NCBI GenBank assembly: GCA_038087875.1
Contig: CM075989.1
Location: forward strand, 1,488,001-1,552,000
Origin: Malacoraja senta
Taxonomy: Eukaryota
DNA: 64,000 nt
Direction: 5' to 3'
Shown: positions 48,940 to 61,995 of the stretch, one piece after another
How positions within the stretch are numbered: position 1 is the first letter of the stretch
Layout: each line of letters begins with the position of its first letter
Translations under genes and position numbers: made by a program
The notes under the pieces: model-generated
The model's database searches: none
What the model saw: only the letters and a program-made list of their open reading frames with translations
Told to the model about the DNA's origin: nothing

Positions 48940-51900
48940 GATGGAAAAATTGCAGCTGGGCGAGAAATTTGGTGCATGGATAAAACTGTTATATACCAAC
49001 CCTACGGCTAGAATATTAACATACCAAAGATTATCATCTAAATTTAACCTATCTAGAGGTTGTAGACAAGGATGCCCGTTGTCTCCATTATTATTTGCGC
49101 TCGTTATAGAGCCACTCGCAGAAAGAGTTAGGACCCATCCGAAAATATATGGGTATAACACAAAGGATACAGTGAATAACATTTGTTTATACGCAGATGA
49201 TGTATTAATTTACATTACAAAACCAGAAATTAGTCTTCCAAATTTATTAAAGCTAATAACCCAATTTGGTTCACTCTCAGGATACAGAATAAATTGGAAT
49301 AAAAGTGAAATTATGCCAATAAGGGAACATAATAAACATATAATACAACAATTTCCATTTAAAATAGTAAATGAAAAATTTAAATACCTAGGCATTTATG
49401 TTACTAAGACATATACATCATTATTTAAAGCAAACTTTCCCCCATTACTGAATAAACTACATAAGAATATTCAGTATTGGAAAACACTTACTATCTCAAT
49501 GGTTGGCAAAATTAATGCCATAAGAAAGATTTTCTTACCGCAAATATTATACCTTTTTCAAACAATTCCGATATACTTGTCAACAAACTTTAAAAAAAGT
49601 TAGATTTCATTGTCAGTGACTTTATCTGGGATTATAAGAATCATAGGATAAGCAAAAAACATCTGTGCAAATCAAAAATAAATGGAGGTTTGGTTTTACC
49701 TAACTTTTTGTTTTATTTCTGGGCAGTTAACATTAAAAATATGAATTTTTGGTTGGAAGAAATAGATCAACAACCAGATTGGTTAAAAATGGAAAAGGAA
49801 GATTGCTCACCTTTTGAAATCGGCTCGATACTATTTGCTACTTCTAAATTAAATTAAAAAATTTATAGGGAAAATCCTATAATATATAGTACTATGCGAA
49901 TTTGGAAACAATTAAAAAAGACATTAAAACTAGATAATTTATCACTTTTTCTTCCAATTGCGAATAACCCTTTGTTTAAGCCCTCATGCTTGGACAAAGG
50001 TTTCACACAATGGAAAAACTATGGAATTAAAAAGATGGGACAACTTTATAAGGAAGGCACTTTTCTTTCATTTCAGGAGTTGCAACAGACTTATGGACTT
50101 CAAGTAAATGATTTTTTCAGATATCTTCAACTTAGAGATTACGTAAAAGCAAATACTCTAAATTTTAGAATTAGAAATTCAGAAATTTTTGATGACTGTT
50201 GGATTAAACATCCTAATACAGAAAAACTAATATCTTATATATATAATATTTTATTAGACAGTGATATTCCATTGACGGACTTACACAGACAAACTTGGGA
50301 AAAAGAACTAAATCAAATAATAACGAAAGATACTTGGGAAGAAAGTTTACAACACATACATCAATTAAATGCCAGACATTCTCTAATACAATTCAAAGTA
50401 ATACAGAGATTACATTATTCTAAAACAAAATTAAATAAAAGCTTCCCACATATCTCACCAATATGTGATAAATGTCAACATTTAGAAGCTAACTTATCTC
50501 ACATGTTTGCAAATTGCATAAAAATTAAAAATTTCTGGGTAAATATTTTCACAATAATATCTAAAGTGACTAGCATTCAATTGGACCTGGATCCAAAATT
50601 AATAATACTTGGAACATTAGAACTAAATCAAACATTTACATCAACTCAAAGAAACTTTATTGATTATAGTATAATAACTGGGAAAAAATTAATTCTAAAA
50701 TTTTGGAAAGGCCCTATAACCCCCACAATCAAAATGTGGATTATAGAAATGACGGAGACCTCACACTTGGAAATAATTAGACTTGTCCTGTTGGACAAAC
50801 AGGAACTATTCGTCGGAACATGGTCTCCCTTTATTGACTATTTAAAGGGTCAGAATGGTTCAGCACGAGAACCTGACTAACACCCGTGCCAAGGAATAGA
50901 TGAAAGGTTATACTCTGAAATGTACGAATATATCTCGAATGAAGTTTTTTATCGTAGTAAATTATTCCATTCTTCTTTATTATCTCTTTCTTTTTTTTTT
51001 TTGTTGTTGTATTTTTGTTTTTTTGTTTCTTCTCTTTTTTCTCTTTCTTTCCTTATTTCATCTATCTTTTTAGTTCTATTTAGTTTAAAAAAAAAGAAAA
51101 AAAAATGTATTGGAGACATTGTAATAATAATGGACGATATTAGTAATTTAAAAATGTACGACTGGTATCGATTTTAATATGATATGTATTTACCTCCAAT
51201 AAAAAATAATTTCAAAAAAAAAAAATATTGTAAATAGCTGGGGTCCCAGCACTGAGCCTTGCGGTACCCCACTAGTCACTGCCTGCCATTCTGAAAAGGA
51301 TCCGTTTACTCTTACTCTTTGCTTCCTGTTTGCCAGCCAGTTCTCTATCCACATCAATACTGAACCCCCAATACCGTGTGCTTTAAGTTTGTATACTAAT
51401 CTCTTATGTGGGACCTTGTCGAATGCCTTCTGAAAGTCCAGATATAACAAATCCACTGGTTCTCCCCTATCCACTCTACTGGTTACATCCTCGAAAAATT
51501 CTATAAGATTCGTCAGACATGATTTACCTTTCGTAAATCCATGCTGACTTTGTCCAATGATTTCATGACTTTTCAAATGTGCTGCTATCCCATCTTTAAT
51601 AACTGACTCTAGCAGTTTCCCCACTACCGATGTTAGACTAACTGGTCTGTAATTCCCCGTTTTCTCTCTCCCTCCCTTTTTAAAAAGTGGGGTTACATTA
51701 GCTACCCTCCAATCCTCAGGAACTACTCCAGAATCTAAAGAGTTTTGAAAAATTATCACTAATGCATCCACTATTTCTGGAGCTACTTCCTTAAATACTC
51801 TGTGATGCAGCCTATCTGGCCCTGGGGATTTATCGGCCTTTAATCCATTCAATTTACCTAACACCACTTCCCGGCTCACCTGGATTTCACTCAGTTCCTC

Positions 51901-53446
51901 CATCTCCTTTGACCTGCGGTCCCCTGCTATTTCCGGCAGTTTATTTATGTCTTCCTTAGTGAAGACGGAACCAAAGTACTTATTCAATTGGTCTGCCATG
52001 TCCTTGTTCCCCATGATCAATTCACCTGTTTCTGACTGCAACTGACCTACATTTGTTTTAACTAATCTCTTTCTCTTCACATATCTATATAAACTTTTGC
52101 AGTCAGTTTTAATGTTCCCTGCCAGTTTTCTTTCATAATCTATTTTCCCTTTCCTAATTAAGCCCTTTGTCCTCCTCTGAATTTCTCCCAGTCTTCTGGT
52201 CGGCTGCTTTTTCTGGCTAATTTGTACGCTTCATCTTTTGCTTTGATACTATCCCTGATTTCCCTTGTTATCCACAGATGCACTACCTCCCCGGATTTAT
52301 TCTTTTGCCAAACTGGGATGAACAATTTTTGTAGTTCATCCATGCAGTCTTTAAATGCCTTCCATTGCATATCCACCGTCATCCCTTTAAGAATGAATCG
52401 CTTGTCAATCTTGGCCAATTCACGTCTCATACCCTCAAAGTTACCTTTCTTTAAGTTCAGAACCATTGTTTCTGAATTAACCATGTCACTCTCCATCCTA
52501 ATGAAGAACTCAACCATATTATGGTCACTCTTGCCCAAGGGGGCACGCACAACAAGACTGCTAACTAACCTTTCCTCATTACTCAATACCCAGTCTAGAA
52601 TAGCCTGCTCTCTCGTTGGTTCCTCTACATGTTGATTTGGAAAACTATCCCGCATACATTCCAAGAAATCATCTTCCTCAGCACTCCTGCCAATTTGATT
52701 CACCCAATCTATAAGTAGATTGAAATCACCCATTGTAACTGTTTTACCTTTGTTGCACACATTTCTAATTTCCTATTTGATGCCATCCCCAACTCCACTA
52801 CTACTGTTAGGTGGCCTGTACACAACTCCCACTAGCGTTTTCTGCCCCTTAGTGTTTCGCAGTTCTACCCATATCGATTCCACATCCTCCAAGCTAATGT
52901 CCTTTCTTTCCATTGCGTTAATCTCCTCTCTAACCAGCAATGCTACCCCACCTCCTTTTCCTTTCTGTCTATTCCTCCTGAATATTGAATATCCCTGGAT
53001 GTTCAGCTCCCAGCCTTGGTCACCCTGGAGCCATGTCTCCGTGATCCCAACTATATCATAATCATTAATAGCTATCTGCACATTCAACTCATCCACCTTA
53101 TTATGAATGCTCCTTGCATTGAGACACAAAGCCTTCAGGCTTGTTTTTACAACACTCTTACCCCTTATACAATTTTGTTGAAAAGTGGCCCTTTTTGATT
53201 TTTGCCCTGGATTTGTCTGCCTGCCACTTTTACTTTTCACCTTGCTACCTATTGCTTTTACCCCCATTTTACACCCCTCTGTCTCTCTGCTCACATATTT
53301 AAGAACCCCACCACCTCTTATTCTCTGTTTATTATTGTTTTCTTCTTTCCCCCCTACATGTTGGGTCTGAGTGCTTCCCTTCTCTGCCTCCTGCCTCACA
53401 CACTGTCTACTAGCTTTCTCTATTTGAGTCCCTCCCCCCAACCGTT

Positions 53447-54382
53447 CTAGTTTAAAGTCTCCGCATTAGCCTTTGCAAATCTCCCCGCCAAGATATTGGT
53501 CCCCCTCGGGTTCAAGTGCAACCCATCATTTTTGTACAGGTCGCACCTTCCACAAAAGAGGTCCCAATGATCCAGAAACTTGAATCCATGCCTTCTGCAC
53601 CAGTCCTTCAGCCACGCATTTATCCTCCACCTCACTCCATTCCTACTCTCACTGTCGCGTGGTACAGGCAGTAATCCCGAGATTGTTACCTTTGCGGTCC
53701 TTCTTTTTAACTCTCCTCCTAACTCCCTAAATTCTCCTTTCAGGACCTATTCTCTTTTTCTACATATGTCATTTGTACCTATATGTACCATGACCTCGGG
53801 CTCCTCCCCCTCCCATTTCAGGATATCTTGGACACGTTCAGACACATCCGAGATCCTGGCACCAGGGAGGCAAACTACCATCCGTCTCTCCCGACTGCGT
53901 CCACAGAATCGCCCATCTGATCCCCTAACTATAGAGTCCCCTATTACTAATGCCCTCCTCTTCTTTTCCTTACCCTTCTGAGCAACAGGACCGGTCTCTG
54001 TACCGGAGGCCCGGCCGCTGTTGCTACCCCCAGGTAGGCTGTCCCCCCCAACAGTACTCAAACAGGAATACTTATTGTCAAGGTGTACAGCCACTGGGGG
54101 AATCTCTAGTCCCTGCCTGTGCCCCTTGCCCCTCCTAACCGTGACCCATTTGCCTGCGTCCTGTGGTCTTGGAGTGACCACCTCTCTGTAACTCCTCTTA
54201 ATGACTTCCTCGCTCTCCCTGACCAGACGGAGGTCATCGAGCTGCTGCTCCAGGTTCCTAATACGGTCCCTTCGGAGCCCCATCTCAATGCACCTGGCGC
54301 AGATGTGGACGTCTGGAAGGCTATCAGACTCCTTGACCTCCCACATCTGACATCCAGAACAGTAAACTGCCCTGGCACTCAT
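53447..54382 (-). pseudogene. CR1 ORF1 (zinc finger/leucine zipper and SGNH esterase-like domain)
   Basis: CSGC..CARC, coiled coil, VIGDSIVRG, HIGTND, DGLHLN. Confidence 0.85.
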
Positions 54383-54829
54383 ACTCCCCTCTTACCTAGG
54401 ATACAATACAAATACAATACAATGTACAATACAATACAATCAGCAGGGATCCGACTCCCAATCAGCTGCTCCCTCTTGTCTGCTTCCACCAATCAGCGGC
54501 TTCCTCAAGCCCACTTGTTTTGAAATGCGAATGGAACTTGGAACGTTACAGATTTTGGTTCCTCCTCCCTCTGCGACCGCTCCAATGGCTCTCGAGCCTC
54601 TGTAAGAAGCAAGCCCCGTGCTCGAGTTTATCTCCTACCGCTCAGGTGTAGCTCCTCCCTCTGCGATCTCTCCAACGGCTATCGGGCCTCACATGAATCC
54701 AATCATCCCCAGGATTCTGGACCATCTCCAACATCAACAAATCATTCCCCAGATATGGGGCTCAAAACTGTCACACTATCCATTGACAAGAGGTTTTGTA
54801 AACACAACTAGTAAAAACAAATCCATGGT

Positions 54830-55498
54830 AGTTCAAAAGTTCAAAGGTTCAAAGGTCTGTTATTGTCACGTACCAATTAAAGTACAGTGACACTCGATTT
54901 ACCATACAGCCACACTAAAAAAGCAACAAGACACACATCTACATAAAAGTTAACATAAACATCCACCACAACGGCTTCCTCACATTCCTCACTGTGATGG
55001 AAGGCTATAAAGTCTAATCTTCTTCCCTCTTTTTCTCCCGCGGATGGGACAGTCGAACAATCCGCAGTCAGGACAATCGAATCTCCCGCAGCCGGCGATT
55101 GATGCCCCTGCGTCGGGGCGATCGAAGCTCCCGCCTCGGGGAGGTCAAAGCTCCTGCGGTTTGGAGCTCCCGAAGTCGGTCTCTAACCAGGGACCGCGAG
55201 CTCCACAATGTTAAAGTCCGCAGGCTTCCGCGGTTGGAGCTCCGAGGTCGAACCCCGACAGGGACCGCCCGCTCCACGATGTTAGGCAAAGAGCGGATGG
55301 AGATACGATACGGAAAAAAAAATTGTATCTCCGTCGTGGTCAAAGATTAAAACAAGTTTCCCCCAACAACCCCCCCCCCCCAACACCACCCCCCCCCCAA
55401 ATAAAACAAGCTAAAGAACACTAAAACATACATTTAACACATACTATGAAACAATAACGAAGGAAAGGACGAGACAGACCGTTGGTGAGGCAGCCATT
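54830..55498 (-). mobile_element. CpG-rich SINE-like element
   Basis: Minus strand starts AAATGGCTGCC; AGCCTTCCATCACAGTG box; GTGACAATAA and (CCTTTGAA)n tail. Confidence 0.65.
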
Positions 55499-55664
55499 TC
55501 AGGTACATGTGGTCTGTGTTGTTCCATTGCTGAGGTAGGATTTGGATTGTGTTGGATGGTTCAAGAACCTGATGGGTTTAGGAATGTAGCTGTTCCTGAA
55601 TCTGGTGGTGTGGAACTTCAGGCTTCTGTATCTTTTGGTCGATGACAGCTTGAAGAAGAAGCCT

Positions 55665-57200
55665 TAGAGTCATGGAGTGATACAGTGTGGAAACAGGCCC
55701 AATCTGCTCACACTGGCCGACATGTCCCATCTACACCAGTCCCACCTGCCCGCGTTTGGCCCACATCCAAACCTGACCTATCCATGTACCTGTCTAACTG
55801 TTTCTTAAATGTTGGGATAGTCCCAGCCTCAACTAGCTCATCTGGCAGCTTGTTCCATACACCCACCAACCTTTGTGTGAAAAAGGTTACCCCTCAGATT
55901 CCTATTAAATCTTTTCCCCTTCACCTTAAACTTATGTCTTCTGGTCCTTGCTTCACCTACTCTGGGCAAGAGATTCTGTGCATCTACCGGATCTATTCCT
56001 CTCATGGTTTTATACACCTCCATAAGCTCACCCCTCATCCTCCAGATGGTGGGGATCCTTGATTATAGATGCCGCATTCTTGAGGCAGTGCATGATCTAG
56101 ATGCATTCTGTGGTGGGATTGCTGTGCCCATGATGGGTCTACCTCTCTTTGCAGACACTTGTGTTCCTCTGCATTGGAATTGCAGTACCAGGCCATGATG
56201 CAACCAGTCAAGTTACCTTCCACAGTCGATGGAACATAGAACATGGAACGGAACAGCAAAGGGATGGGCCATTCCATGTTCGTGCCGGACATAATGCCAA
56301 GTTAAACTGATCCAATCAGCCTGTTTCTGATCCATACACCTCTAATCCCTGAGCTTCCGTGTGCCTATCTAAAAGACTCAAAACACCACAATCTGCCTCC
56401 TCCACAATGCGTTCCAGGCCCTCATCACTCTCTGTGCAAACACGCATCTCCATTAGACTTTCTCCCTCATACCTTATTGCTATGCCATCTAGTGTTGGAT
56501 ATTTACACCCTGGGAAAAGGATTCTGAAAGTCTACCCTATCTGTGCCTCTCATAATTTTATATACTTGAATCGAGTCTCCCCTCAACCTCAAACATTCCA
56601 GAGAAAAAGAATCAAATCCATCCAACCCAGTGGCTGAAACCCTCCAATCCAGGCAGCATTCTGGTAAACTTACCCTGCACCCTCTTCATAACCTGCACAT
56701 CTTTCCTATAATGGGGTGAGTAGAACTGCAATACTCCAAATACAGCCTAACCGAAGCCCTATGCACTGCATTATGGCTTCTTGACTCTTATATTCAATGC
56801 CCCTGGCAATGAAGGGTAACATACGTCACCCTATCTACTTGTGCTGCCACCTTCATTCAGCAATGAACTTGGACTCAAAGATCCCTCTACTCATCCATGC
56901 TGTTAAACCATTAGCAAATTGGTCTTATTACATTCAGCCTCATAAAGTGTAACATCTCACACTTGCTCAGGTTCAACTCCATCTGTCATTTCTCTGCCCA
57001 TTTCTACAGCTCATCAATATCCCACTGTATCGGATTCCTCTGTCTACAACTCCTCCAATTTTAGTGTCTTCAGCAAACTTACTCACCTACCCATTAATAT
57101 TCACATCTATGTCATTTATATATATCACAAATAGCAGATGTCCCAGCGCAGATCCCTGCGGAACCCTCTATAGATCATAGACCTCCAGTCAAAATATCTA
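55665..57200 (-). mobile_element. Old CR1 fragments (about 55665-56042 and 56230-57200)
   Basis: MRGELMEVYK.MRG motif and a degenerate RT core near 57060-57165. Confidence 0.6.
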
Positions 57201-57212
57201 TCTTCCATAATG

Positions 57213-60200
57213 TGCAAAGGCTACTGCTGAGACTTTAAACTAGAACGGTTGGGGGATTCAAATAGAGAACGCTTGTAGACAGTGTGTGAGGCAGGAGGCA
57301 GAGAAGGGAAGCACTCAGACCCAACAGGTAGGGGGGGAAGAAGAAAAAATAATAAACAGAGAATAAGAGGTGGTGGGTTTCTACAAAATTGTATAAGGGG
57401 TAAGAGCGTTGTAAAAAAAAGCCTGAAGGCTTTGTGTCTCAATGCAAGGAACATTCGTAATAAGGTGGATGAGTTGAATGTGCAGATAGCTATTAATCAT
57501 TATGATATAGTAGGGATCACGGAGACATGGCTCCAGGGTGACCAAGGCTGGGAGCTGAACATCCACGGATATTCAATATTCAGGAGGGATAGACAGAAAG
57601 GAAAAGGAGGTGGGGTAGCGTTGCTGGTTAGAGAGGAGATTAACGCAATGGAAAGGAAGGATATTAGCTTGGAGGATGTGGAATCGATATGGGTAGAGCT
57701 CCGAAACACTAAGGGGCAGAAAACGCTAGTGGGTGTTGTGTACAGGCCACCTAACAGTAGCAGTGGAGTTGGGGATGGCATCAAACAGGAAATTAGAAAT
57801 GCATGCAACAAAGGTAAAACAGTTATAATGGGTGACTTCAATCTACATATAGATTGGGTGAATCAAATTGGCAGGGGTGCTGAGCAAGAGGATTTCTTGG
57901 AATGTTTGCGGGATAGTTTTCTAAACCAACATGTAGAGGAACCAACGAGAGAGCAGGCTATTCTAGACTGGGTATTGAGTAATGAGGAAGGTTTAGTTAG
58001 CAGTCTTGTTGTGCGTGGCCCCTTGGGCAAGAGTGCCATAATATGGTTGAGTTCTTCATTAGGATGGAGAGTGACATTGTTAATTCAGAAACAAGGGTTC
58101 TGAACTTAAAGAAAGGTAACTTTGAGGGTATGAAATGTGAATTGGCCAAGATTGACTGGCAATTGATTCTTAAAGGGTTGACGGTGGATATGCAATGGAA
58201 GGCATTTAAAGACTGCATGGATGAACTACAAAAATTGTTCATCCCAGTTTGGCAAAAGAATAAATCAGGGAAGGTAGTGCATCCGTGGATAACAAGGGAA
58301 ATCAGGGATAGTATCAAAACAAAAGATGAAGCGTACAAATTAGCCAGGAAAAGCAGCCTACCAGAGGACTGGGAGAAATCCATCCAGCAGAGGAGGACAA
58401 AGGGCTTAATTAGGAAAGGGAAAATAGATTATGAAAGAAAACTGGCAGGGAACATAAAAACTGACTGCAAAATTGATATAGATATGTGAAGAGAAAGAGA
58501 TTATTTAGAACAAATGTAGGTCCCTTGCAGTCAGAAACCGGTGAATTGATCATGGGGAACAAGGACATGGCAGACCAATTGAATAACTACTTTGGTTCTG
58601 TCTTCACTGAGGAAGACATAAATAATCTGCCGGAAATAGCAGGGGACCGCGGGTCAAATGAGATAGAGTAAATGAGTGAAATCCAGGTTAGCCGGGAAGT
58701 GGTGTTAGGTAAATTGAATGGATTAAAGGCCGATAAATCCCCAGGGCCAGATAGGCTGCATCCCAGAGTACTTAAGGAAGTAGCCCCAGAAATAATGGAT
58801 GCATTAGTGATAATATTTCAAAACTCCTTAGGTTCTGGAGTAGTTCCTGAGGATTGGAGGGTAGCTAATGTAACCCCCCTTTTTAAAAAGAGAGGGGGAG
58901 AGAAAACGGGGAATTACAGACCAGTTAGTCTAACATCGGTAGTGGGGAAACTGCTAGAGTCAGTTATTAAAGATGGGATAGCAGCACATTTGGAAAGTGG
59001 TGAAATCATTGGACAAATTCAGCATGGATTTACGAAAGGTAAATCATGTCTGACGAATCTTATAGAATTTTTCGAGGATGTAACTAGTAGAGTGGATAAG
59101 GGAGAACCAATGGATGTGTTATATCTGGACTTTCAGAAGGCTTTCGACAAGGTCCCACATAAGAGATTAGTATACAAACTTAAAGCACACGGTATTGGCG
59201 GTTCAGTATTGATGTGGATAGAGAACTGGCTGGCAAACAGGAAGCAAAGTGTAGGAGTAAATGGGTCCTTTTCAGAATGGCAGGCAGTGACTAGTGGGGT
59301 ACCGCAAGGCTCAGTGCTGGGACCCCAGCTATTTACAATATTTATTAATGCTTTGGACGAGGGAATTGAATGCAACATCTCCAAGTTTGCGGATGACACG
59401 AAGCTGGGGGGCAGTGTTAGCTGTGAGGAGGATGCTAGGAGGATGCAAGGTAACTTGGATAGGCTGGGTGAGTGGGCAAATGCATGGCAGATGCAGTATA
59501 ATGTGGATAAATGTGACGTTATCCACTTTGGTGGCAAAAACAGGAAAGTAGACTATTATCTAAATGGTGGCCGATTAGGAAAAGGGGAGATGCAACGAGA
59601 CCTGGGTGTCATGGTACACCAGTCATTGAAAGTAGGCATGCAGGTGCAGCAGGCAGTGAAGAAAGCGAATGGTATGTTAGCATTCATAGCAAAAGGATTT
59701 GAGTATAGGAGCAGGGAGGGTCTACTGCAGTTGTACAGGGTCTTGGTGAGACCACACCTGGAGTATTGCGTACAGTTTTGGTCTCCAAATCTGAGGATAG
59801 ACATTCTTGCCATAGCGGGAGTACAGAGAAGGTTCACCAGATTGATTCCTGGGATGTCAGGACTTTCATATGAAGAAAGATTGGATAGACTCGGCTTGTA
59901 CTCGCCAGAATTTAGAAGATTGAGGGGGGATCTTATAGAAACTTACAAAATTCTTAAGAGGTTGGACAGGCTAGATGCAGGAAGATTGTTCCCAATGTTG
60001 GGGAAGTCCAGTTTAAGGATTAAGGGGAAATCCTTTAGGACCGAGATGAGAAAAACATTTTTCACACAGAGAGTGGTGAATCTCTGGAACTCTCTGCCAC
60101 AGAGGGTAGTTGAGGCCAGTTCATTGGCTATATTTAAGAGGGAGTTAGATGTGGCCCTTGTGGCTAAAGGGATCAGGGGGTATGGAGAGAAGGCAGGTAC

Positions 60201-60292
60201 AGGATACTGAGTTGGATGATCAGCCATGATCATATTGAATGGCTCGAAGGGCCAAATGGCCTACTCCTGCACCTATTTTCTATGTTTCTATA
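57213..60292 (+). mobile_element. 5'-truncated CR1 LINE with nearly complete ORF2 (frameshifts, one in-frame stop)
   Basis: NAR, ITETW, YRPP, GDFN, LDW (endonuclease); YLDFQKAFD, PQGSVLGP, FADDTK (RT); 3' UTR ending CTATGTTTCTAT. Confidence 0.93.
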
Positions 60293-60518
60293 ACTCTCTG
60301 TTTTCAATGAATAAGCCCGTTCCGAATCCATACGACCAAGTTACCGTGAATCCCTTACATCTTAATCTTCTGGATCAGCCTTCCATGATGGACCTTATCA
60401 AAAGTTTTATTTAAATCTATGCATACAACATTCACCACCCTACCTTCATCATTTTCTTTTGCTAACTCCTAAAACAACACAATCCAGTTAGTGAGACATG
60501 ACCTGCCACGTACAAAGC

Positions 60519-60641
60519 CGTGTAGGAAGGAACAGCAGATGCTGGTTTACACCAAAAATAGACTCAAAATGTTGGAGTAACTCAGCGAGTCAGTCTGAAG
60601 AAGGGTCTCGACCCAAAACATCATCCATTTCTTCGCTCCAG
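60519..60641. mobile_element. Penelope-derived inverted unit pair (partial)
   Basis: TGTAGGAAGGAACAGCAGATGCTGG.. followed by AGTCTGAAGAAGGGTCTCGACCCAAAAC. Confidence 0.7.
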
Positions 60642-60667
60642 AAATGAACGATGTTACAAAACTTACC

Positions 60668-61128
60668 TTTGGCGCCTTTGAGGGGGGAGGGGGCTGGGAT
60701 TAAAATCCAGTTTTGTAATGCCTGTCGGAGGCGGATTTCCTCAGGCTGCTAGCTGCTGAAGAAAAATTGATCGGACGTGTTTTGTTTGGAGGTCTATTCT
60801 TTTTATGTGTGGGTGGTGGGGGGGGGGGGGGGGAAGGGGTAACTGTATTTCTCCCGGCGAGAAGGGCCTGAAACATCGGGCCCCGTAGCGCCGACTGCGG
60901 AGGTCTCAAATAGGCCCGACTATGGGTGGAGAAGGAGATGGGGACTGGACTTTCTGCCTTCCCTCACAGTGGGTACCATTGTGGGGGGATGTTTTTATGT
61001 TTTATGTTAAATTTCTTTAAAATGTTATGTTGCATTCTTATTAATGTGCTGCCATGGCAACTTGAATTTCACTACACCAATTGGTTTATGGGACAATAAA
61101 TGAATCTTTGAACCTTTGAATCTTTGAA
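60668..61128 (+). mobile_element. CpG-rich SINE-like element
   Basis: GGACTGGACTTTCTGCCTTCCCTCACAGTGGG..CATTGTGGGGGGAT core shared with 955-1625; GACAATAAA and (CTTTGAA)n tail. Confidence 0.6.
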
Positions 61129-61995
61129 TTGGATTAAAATAAAAAGCGACTTTTAACGCCCTCAACGCCTCAACGTGATGGATCGCAAGAACGGGACAAA
61201 ACAAAGGGTAAGTCGATTATTTTACATATAATCTTGCTTCTTGGGGTGGCTTTAATCAAATTTTATGTTGCGAAAATATGATTTGGGCCCCATACGATTC
61301 AGCAGTGTCTTTCCTGCCGATATGGGGTTCAAATTCACCGCCACCGCAACGTTCCAATCGATCGCGTTCCAGAATCAACCACTCACAAGATGATCAAAAT
61401 GCTCTTTTTTGGGGGACAATCGTGTCATAAGAGCATCTAAATCGTCTATATTTCGTGTTATTGTCTATCCATAGTCAATATTTTTATACTAAACATACAC
61501 AACAGTTTTAGCCACATGTATTGTGCAAAAAATAATAATTTTGATTATATTGAGTGGATGTTTCTAGATTAATTTATGGGAATTAAACCTTAAATTCCTT
61601 CCATCTGGCAAATAAATTCATGACAGTGAGATTTAAAAATCATGTTATATTGTGAATTCTTGTGTGAATGGGATTAGAAACATAGAAACATAGATTTGTT
61701 TGCTAGAAACAAACATTAGTTTGTTATTTGGATACTTAGGCTATTTTTAAAAATTATCCTTTTCATAAGAAATGGATTCTACAGGACATTTTACTTTGGA
61801 GTCAAGTGAGTGATTCCGTGAAGAATCCCGCCAGTCCGCATGCGCGTCATTACGTCTGACGCATGGCGCAGCGACCGGCTGGGAGGCGCATCGCTCCTCC
61901 AGCGGTAAGTTTAAAAACCCTCAGGTAAGTGTAAAACTTAGTCGGAGGTCGTATTCTGTGCTTGGTAATTTTTGTTTCAGGAGACAAGTTCGAGT

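Larger units (their letters stand above)
46760..50880 (+). pseudogene. L1 ORF2 (APE, RT, CCHC) disrupted by stops, frameshifts and two insertions
   Basis: SWNVKG, LQETH, GGDFN, LDAEKAFD, QGCPLSP, YADD, CDKC..H..C. Confidence 0.92.
44531..51225 (+). mobile_element. Full-length L1-clade LINE (6.7 kb)
   Basis: CpG-rich 5' UTR starting CTTCCGG, ORF1, about 1 kb AT-rich spacer, ORF2, AATAAA and A12. Confidence 0.93.
43659..54400 (-). mobile_element. Near full-length CR1 LINE interrupted by L1
   Basis: ORF1 at 53447-54382; ORF2 pieces 52773..53441, 52158..52760 and 51226-52080, resuming at 44533-43755; (CATAGAAA)n tail. Confidence 0.92.

Noticed and set aside
61130..61788. Possible DNA transposon remnant with short inverted repeat CCCCATA/TATGGGG
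   Set aside because: No termini, TSD or second copy in the window to support a call.
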